Positions 46,109 through 55,071 are shown, numbered from the stretch's first letter. The stretch is 64,000 nucleotides of DNA from an uncultured Bacteroidales bacterium (GCA_963771005.1 CAVYRO010000008.1:762102-826101); one strand, 5' to 3'. Numbers and translations: made by a program. Notes: generated by a model not told the origin, from the sequence alone.

Positions 46109-47140
46109 ATGAAAATTTCACGCAAACCAGGATTTAACTCCCTGCTGTTCATTATTGCAGGTGTCTTTCTTTTTGTGACATGGAACGCTGCATTGAATGC
46201 AGCAAACTACATAACCGTAGCAACCATCGGAGGCGGACCGCCGGCCATGGATAAGTCGCTCGGAATGCAACAGGCGGTTGAAAAAGTGAAAGCATTCTGG
46301 CAGAATCAACTGGCCCAGGTACTACCGGATAAACCCGATCTGATCGTCTTACCGGAACATTGTGATCTGCCGGGAGGATGGTCTTCCCTGAGAAATGAAT
46401 ACCTGCAAACCCGTAAAAACCAGATCCGGGATTTTTTCGCATCAATTGCCAGGGAATATCATTGTTACATCGCATATGGCACGCACAGGCAATTGGAGGA
46501 CGGAAGTTTGCGCAATTCGCTCATGGTTATCGACAGAAATGGAGATGTGGCCGGAATTTATAACAAGAATTTTCCCACCATCGGTGAAATGGAAAGCGGG
46601 ATAAAAGCAGGAAATAAAGCACAGCTTATCCGGTGTGATTTTGGAACTATCGGATGCGCCATTTGCTTTGACCTGAATTTTAAGGAATTGAGAGAGACAT
46701 ACGAGGCAGAAAAACCGGATATCATCGCATTTTCCTCCATGTACCACGGCGGGTCGGTACAGGAGGACTGGGCGTACTCGTGCCATTCGTTTTTCATAGG
46801 GGCCATCGGATCAACGAAAACCCCGTCACAGGTTCGCAACCCGCTGGGAAAGATCGTTGCCGGAAGCACGAACTATTTTAATTATGCCGTGACCCGGATT
46901 AACCTCGACAGCCGGGTAGCTCACCTGGATGAGAACAGGCAGAGATTCAGCGATATGAAAGCAAAATACGGTAAAAAAGTGACTATACTGGACCCGGGAG
47001 AACTTGGCCCGGTTCTCCTATCCAGTGAAGATCCGGACATAAGTGTGGATCAGATGATCAGGGAATTCCATATCGAACTTTTTGATGATTATTTTGCCCG
47101 GTCAAGGGCAGTCCGGCTGAAGCCGGAAAACAGGGAATAG
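46109..47140 (+). CDS. Carbon-nitrogen hydrolase (nitrilase superfamily) with N-terminal signal/anchor
   Basis: 343 aa. Candidate Glu-Lys-Cys triad: LIVLPEHCD, IYNKNFP, IGCAICFDLNF. Hydrophobic N-terminus LLFIIAGVFLFVTW. An AAGGAGG Shine-Dalgarno-like motif lies 7 nt before the ATG. Confidence 0.8.
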   Translation: MKISRKPGFNSLLFIIAGVFLFVTWNAALNAANYITVATIGGGPPAMDKSLGMQQAVEKVKAFWQNQLAQVLPDKPDLIVLPEHCDLPGGWSSLRNEYLQTRKNQIRDFFASIAREYHCYIAYGTHRQLEDGSLRNSLMVIDRNGDVAGIYNKNFPTIGEMESGIKAGNKAQLIRCDFGTIGCAICFDLNFKELRETYEAEKPDIIAFSSMYHGGSVQEDWAYSCHSFFIGAIGSTKTPSQVRNPLGKIVAGSTNYFNYAVTRINLDSRVAHLDENRQRFSDMKAKYGKKVTILDPGELGPVLLSSEDPDISVDQMIREFHIELFDDYFARSRAVRLKPENRE

Positions 47141-47190
47141 GGTTCCGGATTTGAATATCTTGTATCTGCATTATCTTATTTTATCCATCC

Positions 47191-47509
47191 GGAATCGTAG
47201 GGACAGGTCGTGACCTGTTGGAATCGTAAGAACGGATTGCGATCAGTTGGAATCGTAAAGACGGGTTGCGACCTGTTGGAATCGTAAAAACGGGTTGCGA
47301 CCTGTTGGAATCGTAAAAACGGGTCGCGACCTGTTGGAATCGTAAAGACGGGTTGCGACCTGTTGGAATCGTAAAGACGGGTTGCGACCTGTTGGAATCG
47401 TAAAGACGGGTTGCGACCTGTTGGAATCGTAAAGACGGGTTGCGACCTGTTGGAATCGTAAAGACGGGTTGCGACCTGTTGGAATCAGAACGACAGGTCG
47501 CGACCTGCC
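47191..47509 (+). repeat. Tandem array of 11 x 29-bp units (ggaatcgtaaagacgggttgcgacctgtt), each containing a 16-nt hairpin-forming dyad
   Basis: Unit starts at 47191, 47220, 47249, 47278, 47307, 47336, 47365, 47394, 47423, 47452 and 47481, an exact 29-bp period. The first and last units are degenerate. It lies between the convergent genes 46109..47140 and 47535..49157. Confidence 0.95.
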
Positions 47510-47534
47510 CCTACAACACTGCCCGCGTCCTACA

Positions 47535-49157
47535 TTATTTTCCAAAACCATGAGACGCCCTGATCTCCCTGTAAACCTTTTCAGCCCTTTCAAGATAACT
47601 CATTGCCTCGGCTGTTTCTTCCTCTGTCGCGAAACCTGAATAATTCGTGATCCAGTTCCGGCCCGATTCCAGGTATCTGAGCAAATAATCCAACGATTCT
47701 TCAAAATAAACCTGTTCATTATCCCTCAAAAAATAAACCGGATTCGTATGGGCATATACTGTAAGGTTTCTCGGCAACATCTGTTCATAGTCGACCGATG
47801 TCACCCTTCCGGCTATCCAGGTACTCCGGTTAAGTGGTATTTCAGCCTCCATTTCGGCGGTATAGAGACCTCCCTTTTCCCTTAGATCCAGCATATCTTT
47901 CCAGGCTACGACCCTCCCGTTTGCAACGATGTCGAGCCTTCTGAAGGGAAGCATTGATTCAGCGCGGAGCCTTGCTTTTACTACCTTCTGCCCATGAAAA
48001 TCAATCGTTTCACCGGTTAAATGATCATCAACCGAAAAGGTAAGCATGGGGCTATTGGTGATAAATCCCCTCCCCTTTTTCATTCCGTCGATCCAGTTGT
48101 TATAGGTTTTTTCGCCTTCAAGACGTACGTAAAGCCTGTTGCTTCCCACAGGGATATCGTTATCCATTTTGTCCGTACCGGATGCCACGGGAATATGGAA
48201 CCCGGCATTCAGGTACTGGTAATAGATGACCACCCCGGGCATCTCGGGAAATTCTACCGGCGACAATCCGGAATAATCCCACGGTCCCTTGTGACTCGGG
48301 AGACCAGTCGGGTCGTTGTAGGTCATGATCTCCACCGCATCGATCAGCCCCAGGGGAAAGGCGATGGCGGATTCCAGCCCAGGCAGGTTGGAAAAATGCG
48401 CCCAGACGTTCGATGCATGTTGCTGTGCAGATTCTTCAAGCCGGGGCGAGAGGAGCACGTTGGGGTGGGCTCTTCCGCCATCGGGTTCCAGGGGCTGGAT
48501 GATCTTTTTCAGATCGAGCAGGCTGGCATGACCCAGATCCCAGTCGCGGATCTCCTGTCCCACATAAATAAACTGATCATTAGTGGAGATCTTATCCAGT
48601 GAGCCCGTGAATTTTTCCACATCATGGGTAAAATCGCTGGTGAGCAGATTGACAACATGAAGATCTTCGGCCTGCATTTGCTGAAAAGAGGATTCAAGCG
48701 CAAGGAAATGGACATGCGTATCGCCGCTCATGAACCCTTTCCTGGACATGTCGATCCAACGCTCAAGCTTGAATTCCTGTTTGTCCCCTGTTGGCTGTGA
48801 AGGATAAATGACCCTGTTTAAGGGAAATGTTTCGGGGCCACGACGGATCTCGATATAGAGGCTGTCGTCCGGGCTGGTTATGCTGAAATTCCCGTCAATA
48901 TACCAACGTTTTTTCCCCAGGTAATTGACGTATTCATGCGGGTCGTCAACGGGTACATCATACCCCATGTTGTTCCAGACGGCAACAGTGCACCATGCCG
49001 TCTTCCCGGTTTCTTCATCAACAACGCGGCCCGAATATGAATTTTGTCCGAAGGCAGATGAAAGTGGGAAAAAGATAATCAAAGCAAGAATAAGGCTGTT
49101 ATTTATCCTGCGTACACCGAAAATCATCCGGGATCCTGAAGTGATAGGGTTTTTCAT
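47535..49157 (-). CDS. Exported CehA/McbA-type (PHP-like) metallohydrolase
   Basis: 540 aa. Signal LILALIIFFPLSSAFGQ and metal-binding start motif SGDTHVHF. The family call is from memory of this motif and length only. Confidence 0.55.
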   Translation of the reverse strand: MKNPITSGSRMIFGVRRINNSLILALIIFFPLSSAFGQNSYSGRVVDEETGKTAWCTVAVWNNMGYDVPVDDPHEYVNYLGKKRWYIDGNFSITSPDDSLYIEIRRGPETFPLNRVIYPSQPTGDKQEFKLERWIDMSRKGFMSGDTHVHFLALESSFQQMQAEDLHVVNLLTSDFTHDVEKFTGSLDKISTNDQFIYVGQEIRDWDLGHASLLDLKKIIQPLEPDGGRAHPNVLLSPRLEESAQQHASNVWAHFSNLPGLESAIAFPLGLIDAVEIMTYNDPTGLPSHKGPWDYSGLSPVEFPEMPGVVIYYQYLNAGFHIPVASGTDKMDNDIPVGSNRLYVRLEGEKTYNNWIDGMKKGRGFITNSPMLTFSVDDHLTGETIDFHGQKVVKARLRAESMLPFRRLDIVANGRVVAWKDMLDLREKGGLYTAEMEAEIPLNRSTWIAGRVTSVDYEQMLPRNLTVYAHTNPVYFLRDNEQVYFEESLDYLLRYLESGRNWITNYSGFATEEETAEAMSYLERAEKVYREIRASHGFGK

Positions 49158-49447
49158 AAAAAATTATTTTAAAATTTTCCGTATTGCCTGCCTTTCACTT
49201 TTTTCCGTACCCAACCGGATCTTCGTTTGTCACAATAGCGATTTCATGTAGATCCCTTGAACAAACGGATGCGGGTAAATGTTGTCCTGACCTTTCCAAA
49301 GGGGAAGTAGTAAAATGGAATAAGCACTTGGTCCGGGTTAAATTAACGGCTTTTGAGCAGTCTACAGCGATATCATTTCCCCCGGCTTGCTCCCTCACCA
49401 TATCCTCCAAAAAGTTTTAAGTTTAATTATTGATTTTTGAATCTGGA

Positions 49448-50350
49448 TTATGCTGGTTCCACACCAAGAGGTTGATTAACCGATGCTTGAACGGCCCGCA
49501 CAAAAGCACCAGGTCTTTCAAGCTTTGGGTCATCCCGTGTATCTTCAATGATGTGAAGTGGCCATCCCAGTTTTTCACTTATCTTGATCGCAACCTTCAC
49601 GCTGTTAGCCTTATCATGCCTTCCCCAGATAAGTGTTACCGGAACATCCATTTTCTTCAGTTCATCCGGGGGGATTTTTTCACTCAAGGCACTCATTACT
49701 CCTCTGGCTGCTGATTTCTTCTCCGGGTTCTTAGCAGAAGCTAAACTGTAATCGAGGAAGGGTTGCCAGTGCCGGCCCATACCTTTTTCTAGTCCGTTCA
49801 TATCATACATACATTGCGTCAAAAAACGTTTCTGGCTTTTCCTGGAGGGACTTAGCATGAAACGAAGAAATTCAAGTGCGAACCGCGGGGCAGGACGAAA
49901 AGCCGAAAGCCCGAGTGAATCCACCAAAATAAGCTGTTTCACTTTTTCACTATATTGAATAGCATACCGTGCGGCAAGAGCTCCGCCTACCACATGACCG
50001 ACGAGTACCGGAGGGATTTTGCATGTCTGATCAAGAAATTCATCCAGCCAGTCCAAAAGAGTTTCCCTGCCGAGTTTTTTCTTCGGTGACCCGGATGAAC
50101 CGTGACCCGGAAGGTCAGGTACAATGACCCTGAATTTTTTAGCAAGCTCCGGAATAACGCGCATCCACCATACCGAGGGTTCGCCCGGACCATGTAAGAG
50201 CACCAAAGGAGTGCCGTAGCCACCTTCAAGAAAGGCAGTTGAAACACCGCCTGCTTTAAGGTATCGTTCTTTTACCGGCAGATCAGCCAGTAATTCTTTT
50301 CTGTAGACATCCGTTCCTTTCCGGGCTACATCTTCGTTATTTGTTTCCAT
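49448..50350 (-). CDS. Alpha/beta-fold hydrolase homologue lacking the catalytic Ser and His (probable pseudoenzyme)
   Basis: 300 aa. HGPGEPS...VPDLPGHGSS is a typical oxyanion/lid region. However, the nucleophile elbow reads GHVVGG (codons ggt cat gtg gta ggc gga). The usual ..GH....E.P reads TRDDPKLERP. Confidence 0.75.
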   Translation of the reverse strand: METNNEDVARKGTDVYRKELLADLPVKERYLKAGGVSTAFLEGGYGTPLVLLHGPGEPSVWWMRVIPELAKKFRVIVPDLPGHGSSGSPKKKLGRETLLDWLDEFLDQTCKIPPVLVGHVVGGALAARYAIQYSEKVKQLILVDSLGLSAFRPAPRFALEFLRFMLSPSRKSQKRFLTQCMYDMNGLEKGMGRHWQPFLDYSLASAKNPEKKSAARGVMSALSEKIPPDELKKMDVPVTLIWGRHDKANSVKVAIKISEKLGWPLHIIEDTRDDPKLERPGAFVRAVQASVNQPLGVEPA

Positions 50351-50741
50351 GACTTTTTATTTTTAATTTGATAACAAAAATAAAATCTGCAGCTGCTTGA
50401 TGCATCGGTCAGAATATGCATTTTAGTAAACAAAGGGCATGGGGGATTTCCGCCAGGATAATTCAGAAATCGGATACCGTAGAGGGTTGTTTAAGAGTTG
50501 TTTCGCTCGAAAATAAGCTGGTTATATACCTAATATTCAAATTCTCAGATCATGTCTGTTTGAAACAGCAATATCGAATAATGAATATATCGCATGCCGA
50601 ATTATGAAGGACAATGAAGTACCGGTTACGATGGCTGACATCTGATTGCTGACAATTGATTGCTGACTACTGACAAATCTATGGAATTCTGGAGACCAAC
50701 TCCCACAGATAATTCACATCCGGGATTTTGGTAAATAAAAT

Positions 50742-51329
50742 TCAGAGCATCTTATGTTTATAGGCAAATGCGATGGCTTCGGCACGGGAGTTAACCTGAA
50801 GCTTATTAAAGATATTGCTGAGGTGCCTCTCAACAGTCCTATCGCTGATGAATAATTTACCGGCTATTGCTTTGTTTGTTCCTCCTTCGGAAACACATTG
50901 CAGAACCTGGATCTCACGTAACGTAAGACCATGAAGATCCGGCGCATTTTTTTCGTCGATCAAAGCCTCAACTCTCCTGAGATCCGGCAGGGCTTAGAAT
51001 TCTTTAAAGATCCATTGTGCCGCCTTTAATTCCAATCTAGCAGAATCATGATCCTCTTTATCTTTGTAGGCAATTCCTAAAAGGAGTCTGACAACTGCAG
51101 TCTCATAAGGTGCATCAAGCATAGTCCACAAATTCATTGATCTTCGAAGTGTTTTAATCGCAGCCGAAGGATCCATTTCTTTTAGAAGAACAGCGCCCTC
51201 ACAATACGCTGTTACAGCCTGCAGAAAGATCGTATCATAGTTTTTGGCAAGATCGTCCAATTCTGCAAGGGCCGATCGCGCTTCTGTTATTTTATCTTGT
51301 GACAGCATTATTTCAGTATAGGCCGGCAA
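50742..51329 (-). pseudogene. Remnant of a large LuxR/MalT-type regulator: last TPR-like segment plus LuxR HTH, split by an in-frame TAA and lacking the N-terminal ~700+ aa
   Basis: ORFs 50994..51329 and 50742..50963 are in the same frame, separated only by the stop at 50994..50996 (...AAQWIFKEF*ALPDLRRVEALIDE...). The HTH is LTLREIQVLQCVSEGGTNKAIAGKLFISDRTVERHLSNIFNKLQV. The upstream frame closes at a TGA just before 51329. Confidence 0.65.
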
Positions 51330-51531
51330 ATTTCACTCGTGCCGGAAGGCTCGTGTTTAATGTAAATCGTACTGGTTAAGTGAATAGCTGTTCCTGTTTG
51401 AACAGAAAACAATGTATGTTCGTTCAGAAAAATCAGGGAAACTTTGATAACCACATCTTGTTTATTTGGCGGTTTAACTTCGAATTTATATCTTTCATCC
51501 TATAATAACTTTGATTCTAAAGGGATAATGG

Positions 51532-51589
51532 AACCCACATGATTGATAATTATAAAGTTACCTTTGTGTTATCATCAATCATGTGGGTT
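51532..51589. other. Strong isolated hairpin, 16-bp perfect arms (aacccacatgattgat / atcaatcatgtgggtt)
   Basis: Arms at 51532..51547 and 51574..51589, with a 26-nt AT-rich loop. It sits ~80 bp upstream of 51667..52605 and ~200 bp upstream of the LuxR remnant. Confidence 0.7.
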
Positions 51590-51666
51590 TCATTTTATAA
51601 GCAACCCTATACGATGACCCGCCACCCAACCGGCAGACTATTGAAACCACGTAAATCCAAATAACA

Positions 51667-52605
51667 GTGAAAAAAATCAGCATCAGCATAATTCTGATAC
51701 TACTGATAATATGCAATATTCAGGGACAATTAACCGGAACAAAGGGAAGACTGATATTTGAGGAAACACTTGATCTGCAGCCCCAAAGCAGCTGGATTGA
51801 CATTCCCGATTCAATAAATAATATTTGGGATACCGGTTCTCCCGGCAAAACATATTTCGATTCAGGGTATGATGATACTACAGCCATACTGACTGATCTC
51901 AAAAATTATTACAGGAATAACTGCAATGATTATTTCTCCATCAAAATACCTCTGAACGAAAATTATTGGGGAGAGGGAATTCTATCCTTTTATCATAATT
52001 TCGACACGGATACATTGAGAGATGGCGGAATCATTGAGATTTCCTATGACAACGGGATTTCATGGATAAACATTAAAGATGATGTATATCACATTGATTA
52101 TCACTATATTGGATTGTATGCTGATACAATTTCCGGTGGGGAATACGGATTCTCAGGAAAATCAGAGGGATGGCAGTATGTTGAATTATATTGGTATTGG
52201 AGAGCTCTGGCCAGGAAAAAATCGATCCCGGAAGATCCTGACTACTCCCCAATCCTCAGATTCAGATTTATAAGCGATGACAATAACACGAGTAAAGAAG
52301 GCTGGATGATCGATAATATAATATTCAGGGGTTACGATTTGACGGGTATGGTGAAAAGCCCGGACTACAACAAGATCCAAATTTATCCGAACCCGGCAAG
52401 CGAGTATATTGCTTTTAAATCAATGAACAATTCAAAGGAAGGATTTTCACTTATATTATTTGATACGAATGGCAGAATGATCAAATACATGGATATCGCA
52501 GATGAAAAAATAAGTATTAAGGATATGAATCCGGGTATATATATCTATAGGTTGCAGCAGGGGAATAACATCCAGGTTGGACAATTTGTAAAAATTCAGG
52601 AATGA
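51667..52605 (+). CDS. Secreted protein with T9SS (Por) C-terminal sorting domain, function unknown
   Basis: 312 aa, GTG start, signal peptide. The C-terminus IQIYPNPASEYIAFKS...FDTNGRMIKYMDI...MNPGIYIYRLQQGNNIQVGQFVKIQ is a textbook type-A CTD. Confidence 0.8.
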   Translation: MKKISISIILILLIICNIQGQLTGTKGRLIFEETLDLQPQSSWIDIPDSINNIWDTGSPGKTYFDSGYDDTTAILTDLKNYYRNNCNDYFSIKIPLNENYWGEGILSFYHNFDTDTLRDGGIIEISYDNGISWINIKDDVYHIDYHYIGLYADTISGGEYGFSGKSEGWQYVELYWYWRALARKKSIPEDPDYSPILRFRFISDDNNTSKEGWMIDNIIFRGYDLTGMVKSPDYNKIQIYPNPASEYIAFKSMNNSKEGFSLILFDTNGRMIKYMDIADEKISIKDMNPGIYIYRLQQGNNIQVGQFVKIQE

Positions 52606-52684
52606 ATCCCGGATCGACCTGAGAGCTTTTTTGGTAAACTAGTAAAGACCAGATCATTAATTTTAACCAGTTAAACCTGAACTC

Positions 52685-53269
52685 ATGAATAAAAAAATTA
52701 TTTTCCTGTTACTAATAACCTCGACACTGGCTACAAGATGTAAAAAAGATGATCCCGAATCTGAACCCGCACTCATAAAAATCAGCGGAACACTTGATTT
52801 AAAAAAGGAAAGTAACCTGACGCCTGATACCAAAATATATATACTCTGGGCGTCGGAGCAGGGAGAATATGTTTTTGGCCGCGGTAGCATCGATTATGAA
52901 GCAAAGACCTTCAGCATCGTAATGAAGGACAGCATTCCTGAAGCTGCAATGCATTCGGAAAATTTCGGCATCGGATTCATCTTCGCATCCAATAATCCGG
53001 GTATTGAAGAGAAACTGTATGAAGAAGGATTTATTGATGAGGAAATGGTAAAGGGCGCTGCCGGTGGTTTTTGTATAATCTTTAAAAAGTCTTCCGAAGT
53101 GCTTTTCGATTCATGGAATCAATGGTCGGGTGAATTCGGCAAAGGGTACACTGTTGGCAAAGGATATGAGATCCCTGATGAATATGACGGCTTTATGCCC
53201 TTTGATAAGAATTCAGTTGTATTGATCATCGATGATCTGAATAATATAGAATTCACCAACTGGAGTTAG
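52685..53269 (+). CDS. Lipoprotein of unknown function
   Basis: 194 aa. Lipobox-like LLITSTLATRCKKDD. Confidence 0.6.
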   Translation: MNKKIIFLLLITSTLATRCKKDDPESEPALIKISGTLDLKKESNLTPDTKIYILWASEQGEYVFGRGSIDYEAKTFSIVMKDSIPEAAMHSENFGIGFIFASNNPGIEEKLYEEGFIDEEMVKGAAGGFCIIFKKSSEVLFDSWNQWSGEFGKGYTVGKGYEIPDEYDGFMPFDKNSVVLIIDDLNNIEFTNWS

Positions 53270-53348
53270 CTGCCACCGCGAAAAATTACCGTGGCCCAGC
53301 TTGTAAATACCCTGCTCAACTTTGTCTCAAAATTTTTGTTAGAAGGTG

Positions 53349-53936
53349 ATGAACCACAAGAATCACAAACCAATGAACAGGGGAAAATTTTTACTTACTG
53401 CCCTGGCCTTCTTTCCGGTGGCTGCTCTTGCCAAAAAACCGGGTAAGCTCAATGCCAGGGAAAACAAAGGTTTTAAGGTAAATTCCGGTGAAGCAAGGTA
53501 TGGCCAGCACTATAAGATGAAGGGCGTGACATTAAATGTCCTGGACAACAAGATCTCTTCCAGGGATACAGATGGAGATATTGCAGTTTTTGAACAAAAC
53601 GGTTTTACACCCAAAGGCGGACCTCCTTTGCATATCCATCCTTTCCAGGATGAATTCTTTTATATCGTCGAGGGAGAATATCTTTTCCAGGTGGGTGAGG
53701 AGAAATATCAAATGAAATCAGGGGATACCATATTTCTGCCCAGGAATATACAACATGCATTTGTTCAGTTAACGGAGCGTGGTAAGGTAATGGTTTCGTA
53801 TATCCCCGCGGGTAAGATGGAAGACTTTTTTAAAGCTACGGATTCCTGGACTTCTCCCCCGGATCCGGAAGAAATTAAAAAAGTATTTGAAGACCATGAT
53901 ATGAAAGTGGTCGGACCACCTTTGAAAGCCGGTTAA
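53349..53936 (+). CDS. Cupin-domain protein with N-terminal signal peptide
   Basis: The GPPLHIHPFQDEFFYIVEGEY...GDTIFLPRNIQHAF two-motif cupin signature is present. The start may be ATG 53349 or 53373 (MNRGKFLLTALAFFPVAALA). Confidence 0.8.
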   Translation: MNHKNHKPMNRGKFLLTALAFFPVAALAKKPGKLNARENKGFKVNSGEARYGQHYKMKGVTLNVLDNKISSRDTDGDIAVFEQNGFTPKGGPPLHIHPFQDEFFYIVEGEYLFQVGEEKYQMKSGDTIFLPRNIQHAFVQLTERGKVMVSYIPAGKMEDFFKATDSWTSPPDPEEIKKVFEDHDMKVVGPPLKAG

Positions 53937-54123
53937 TGCCATGATCCTGCAGAAATTCGACGCATACGGATTGTCAATCCCCCACTCGGATTCCCCGGAA
54001 CGGAAGCATGGAAATAGCTCAAGGCTTTGAGCGACCCTTCTCTATATAGAATGCATTATCTTTAGGTATTCTCTTGATCAGAGGCAATCATCGGTTCAGC
54101 AGGACCCGAAAATTACATTTCAA

Positions 54124-55071
54124 ATGAAGGTGGCAGTTGCACAATTTCAGCCCAAGGACGGGGATAAGGACTACAACCTGTCCGTGATCGCAGGATTGAC
54201 CAGGCTGGCCGGATCCGGTGGAGCAGATATAATCAGCTTCCATGAGATGTCTGTGACTGCATACACCTTTACCAAAGATCTGGCCTACAACGAACTCAGC
54301 GGCCTTGCCGAAGAAGTGCCAAACGGCCCGTCCGTGGAGAGATTGATACGGATGGCTTTAGATAACAATATCGCGATCCTGTCCGGTCTGTTGGAGAAAG
54401 AGCATGAAAAGATTTACAACACCTATCTGTGTGTCACGAAAGATGGTGTTATCGCCAGGTATCGAAAACTCCACCCTTTCATAAATAAACATATATCACC
54501 GGGAGAAGAGTATTGCATTTTCAACCTGAAAGGCTGGAAGTGTGGCATCCTGGTTTGCTATGATAACAATGTAATAGAAAATGTCAGGGCCACCACATTG
54601 CTCGGCGCAGAACTGATCTTTGCACCTCATGTCACCGGATGTACACCCTCGGCATCCCCCGGTAGTGGCTATGTTGATGACCGGCTATGGCAGAACAGGA
54701 AGAACGACCCCGATTCCCTGCGCCGGGAATTCGACGGACCGAAAGGAAGAGGCTGGCTTATGAAATGGCTCCCTGCCCGGGCATATGATAACGGGGTGTA
54801 TTATGCCTTTACCAACCCTGTAGGCTATGACGGTGAACAGTTGAAGAACGGAAATTCAATGATCATAGACCCATACGGTGAGATATTGACCGAAACAAGG
54901 TCATTCGATGATGAGATCACCGTAGCGGAAATTACCAGGGATAAACTGACTCTGGCAGGCGGATATCGCTACCGGAACGCAAGAAGACCGGAATTATACA
55001 GGGCAATAATCAGCCAGGACCATGAACCGGTTTTGAAACCGGTCTGGATGCAAAAAAATGAAAAAGAATGA
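54124..55071 (+). CDS. Carbon-nitrogen hydrolase (nitrilase superfamily), cytoplasmic type
   Basis: 315 aa. Triad contexts IISFHEMSV, YRKLHPF and CGILVCYDNN. Confidence 0.85.
   Translation: MKVAVAQFQPKDGDKDYNLSVIAGLTRLAGSGGADIISFHEMSVTAYTFTKDLAYNELSGLAEEVPNGPSVERLIRMALDNNIAILSGLLEKEHEKIYNTYLCVTKDGVIARYRKLHPFINKHISPGEEYCIFNLKGWKCGILVCYDNNVIENVRATTLLGAELIFAPHVTGCTPSASPGSGYVDDRLWQNRKNDPDSLRREFDGPKGRGWLMKWLPARAYDNGVYYAFTNPVGYDGEQLKNGNSMIIDPYGEILTETRSFDDEITVAEITRDKLTLAGGYRYRNARRPELYRAIISQDHEPVLKPVWMQKNEKE

Noticed and set aside
47191-47509. Possible CRISPR array, suggested by the 29-bp repeat length and internal dyad symmetry.
   Set aside because: The units are directly abutting with no spacers at all (period 29 bp equals unit length). 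No cas genes are in the window. It is a plain tandem repeat.
47243-47593. The 116-aa minus-strand ORF with repeating TGRNPSLRFQQVATRLYDSN.
   Set aside because: It is simply the 29-bp array read through three frames, and it overlaps the 3' end of a real gene.
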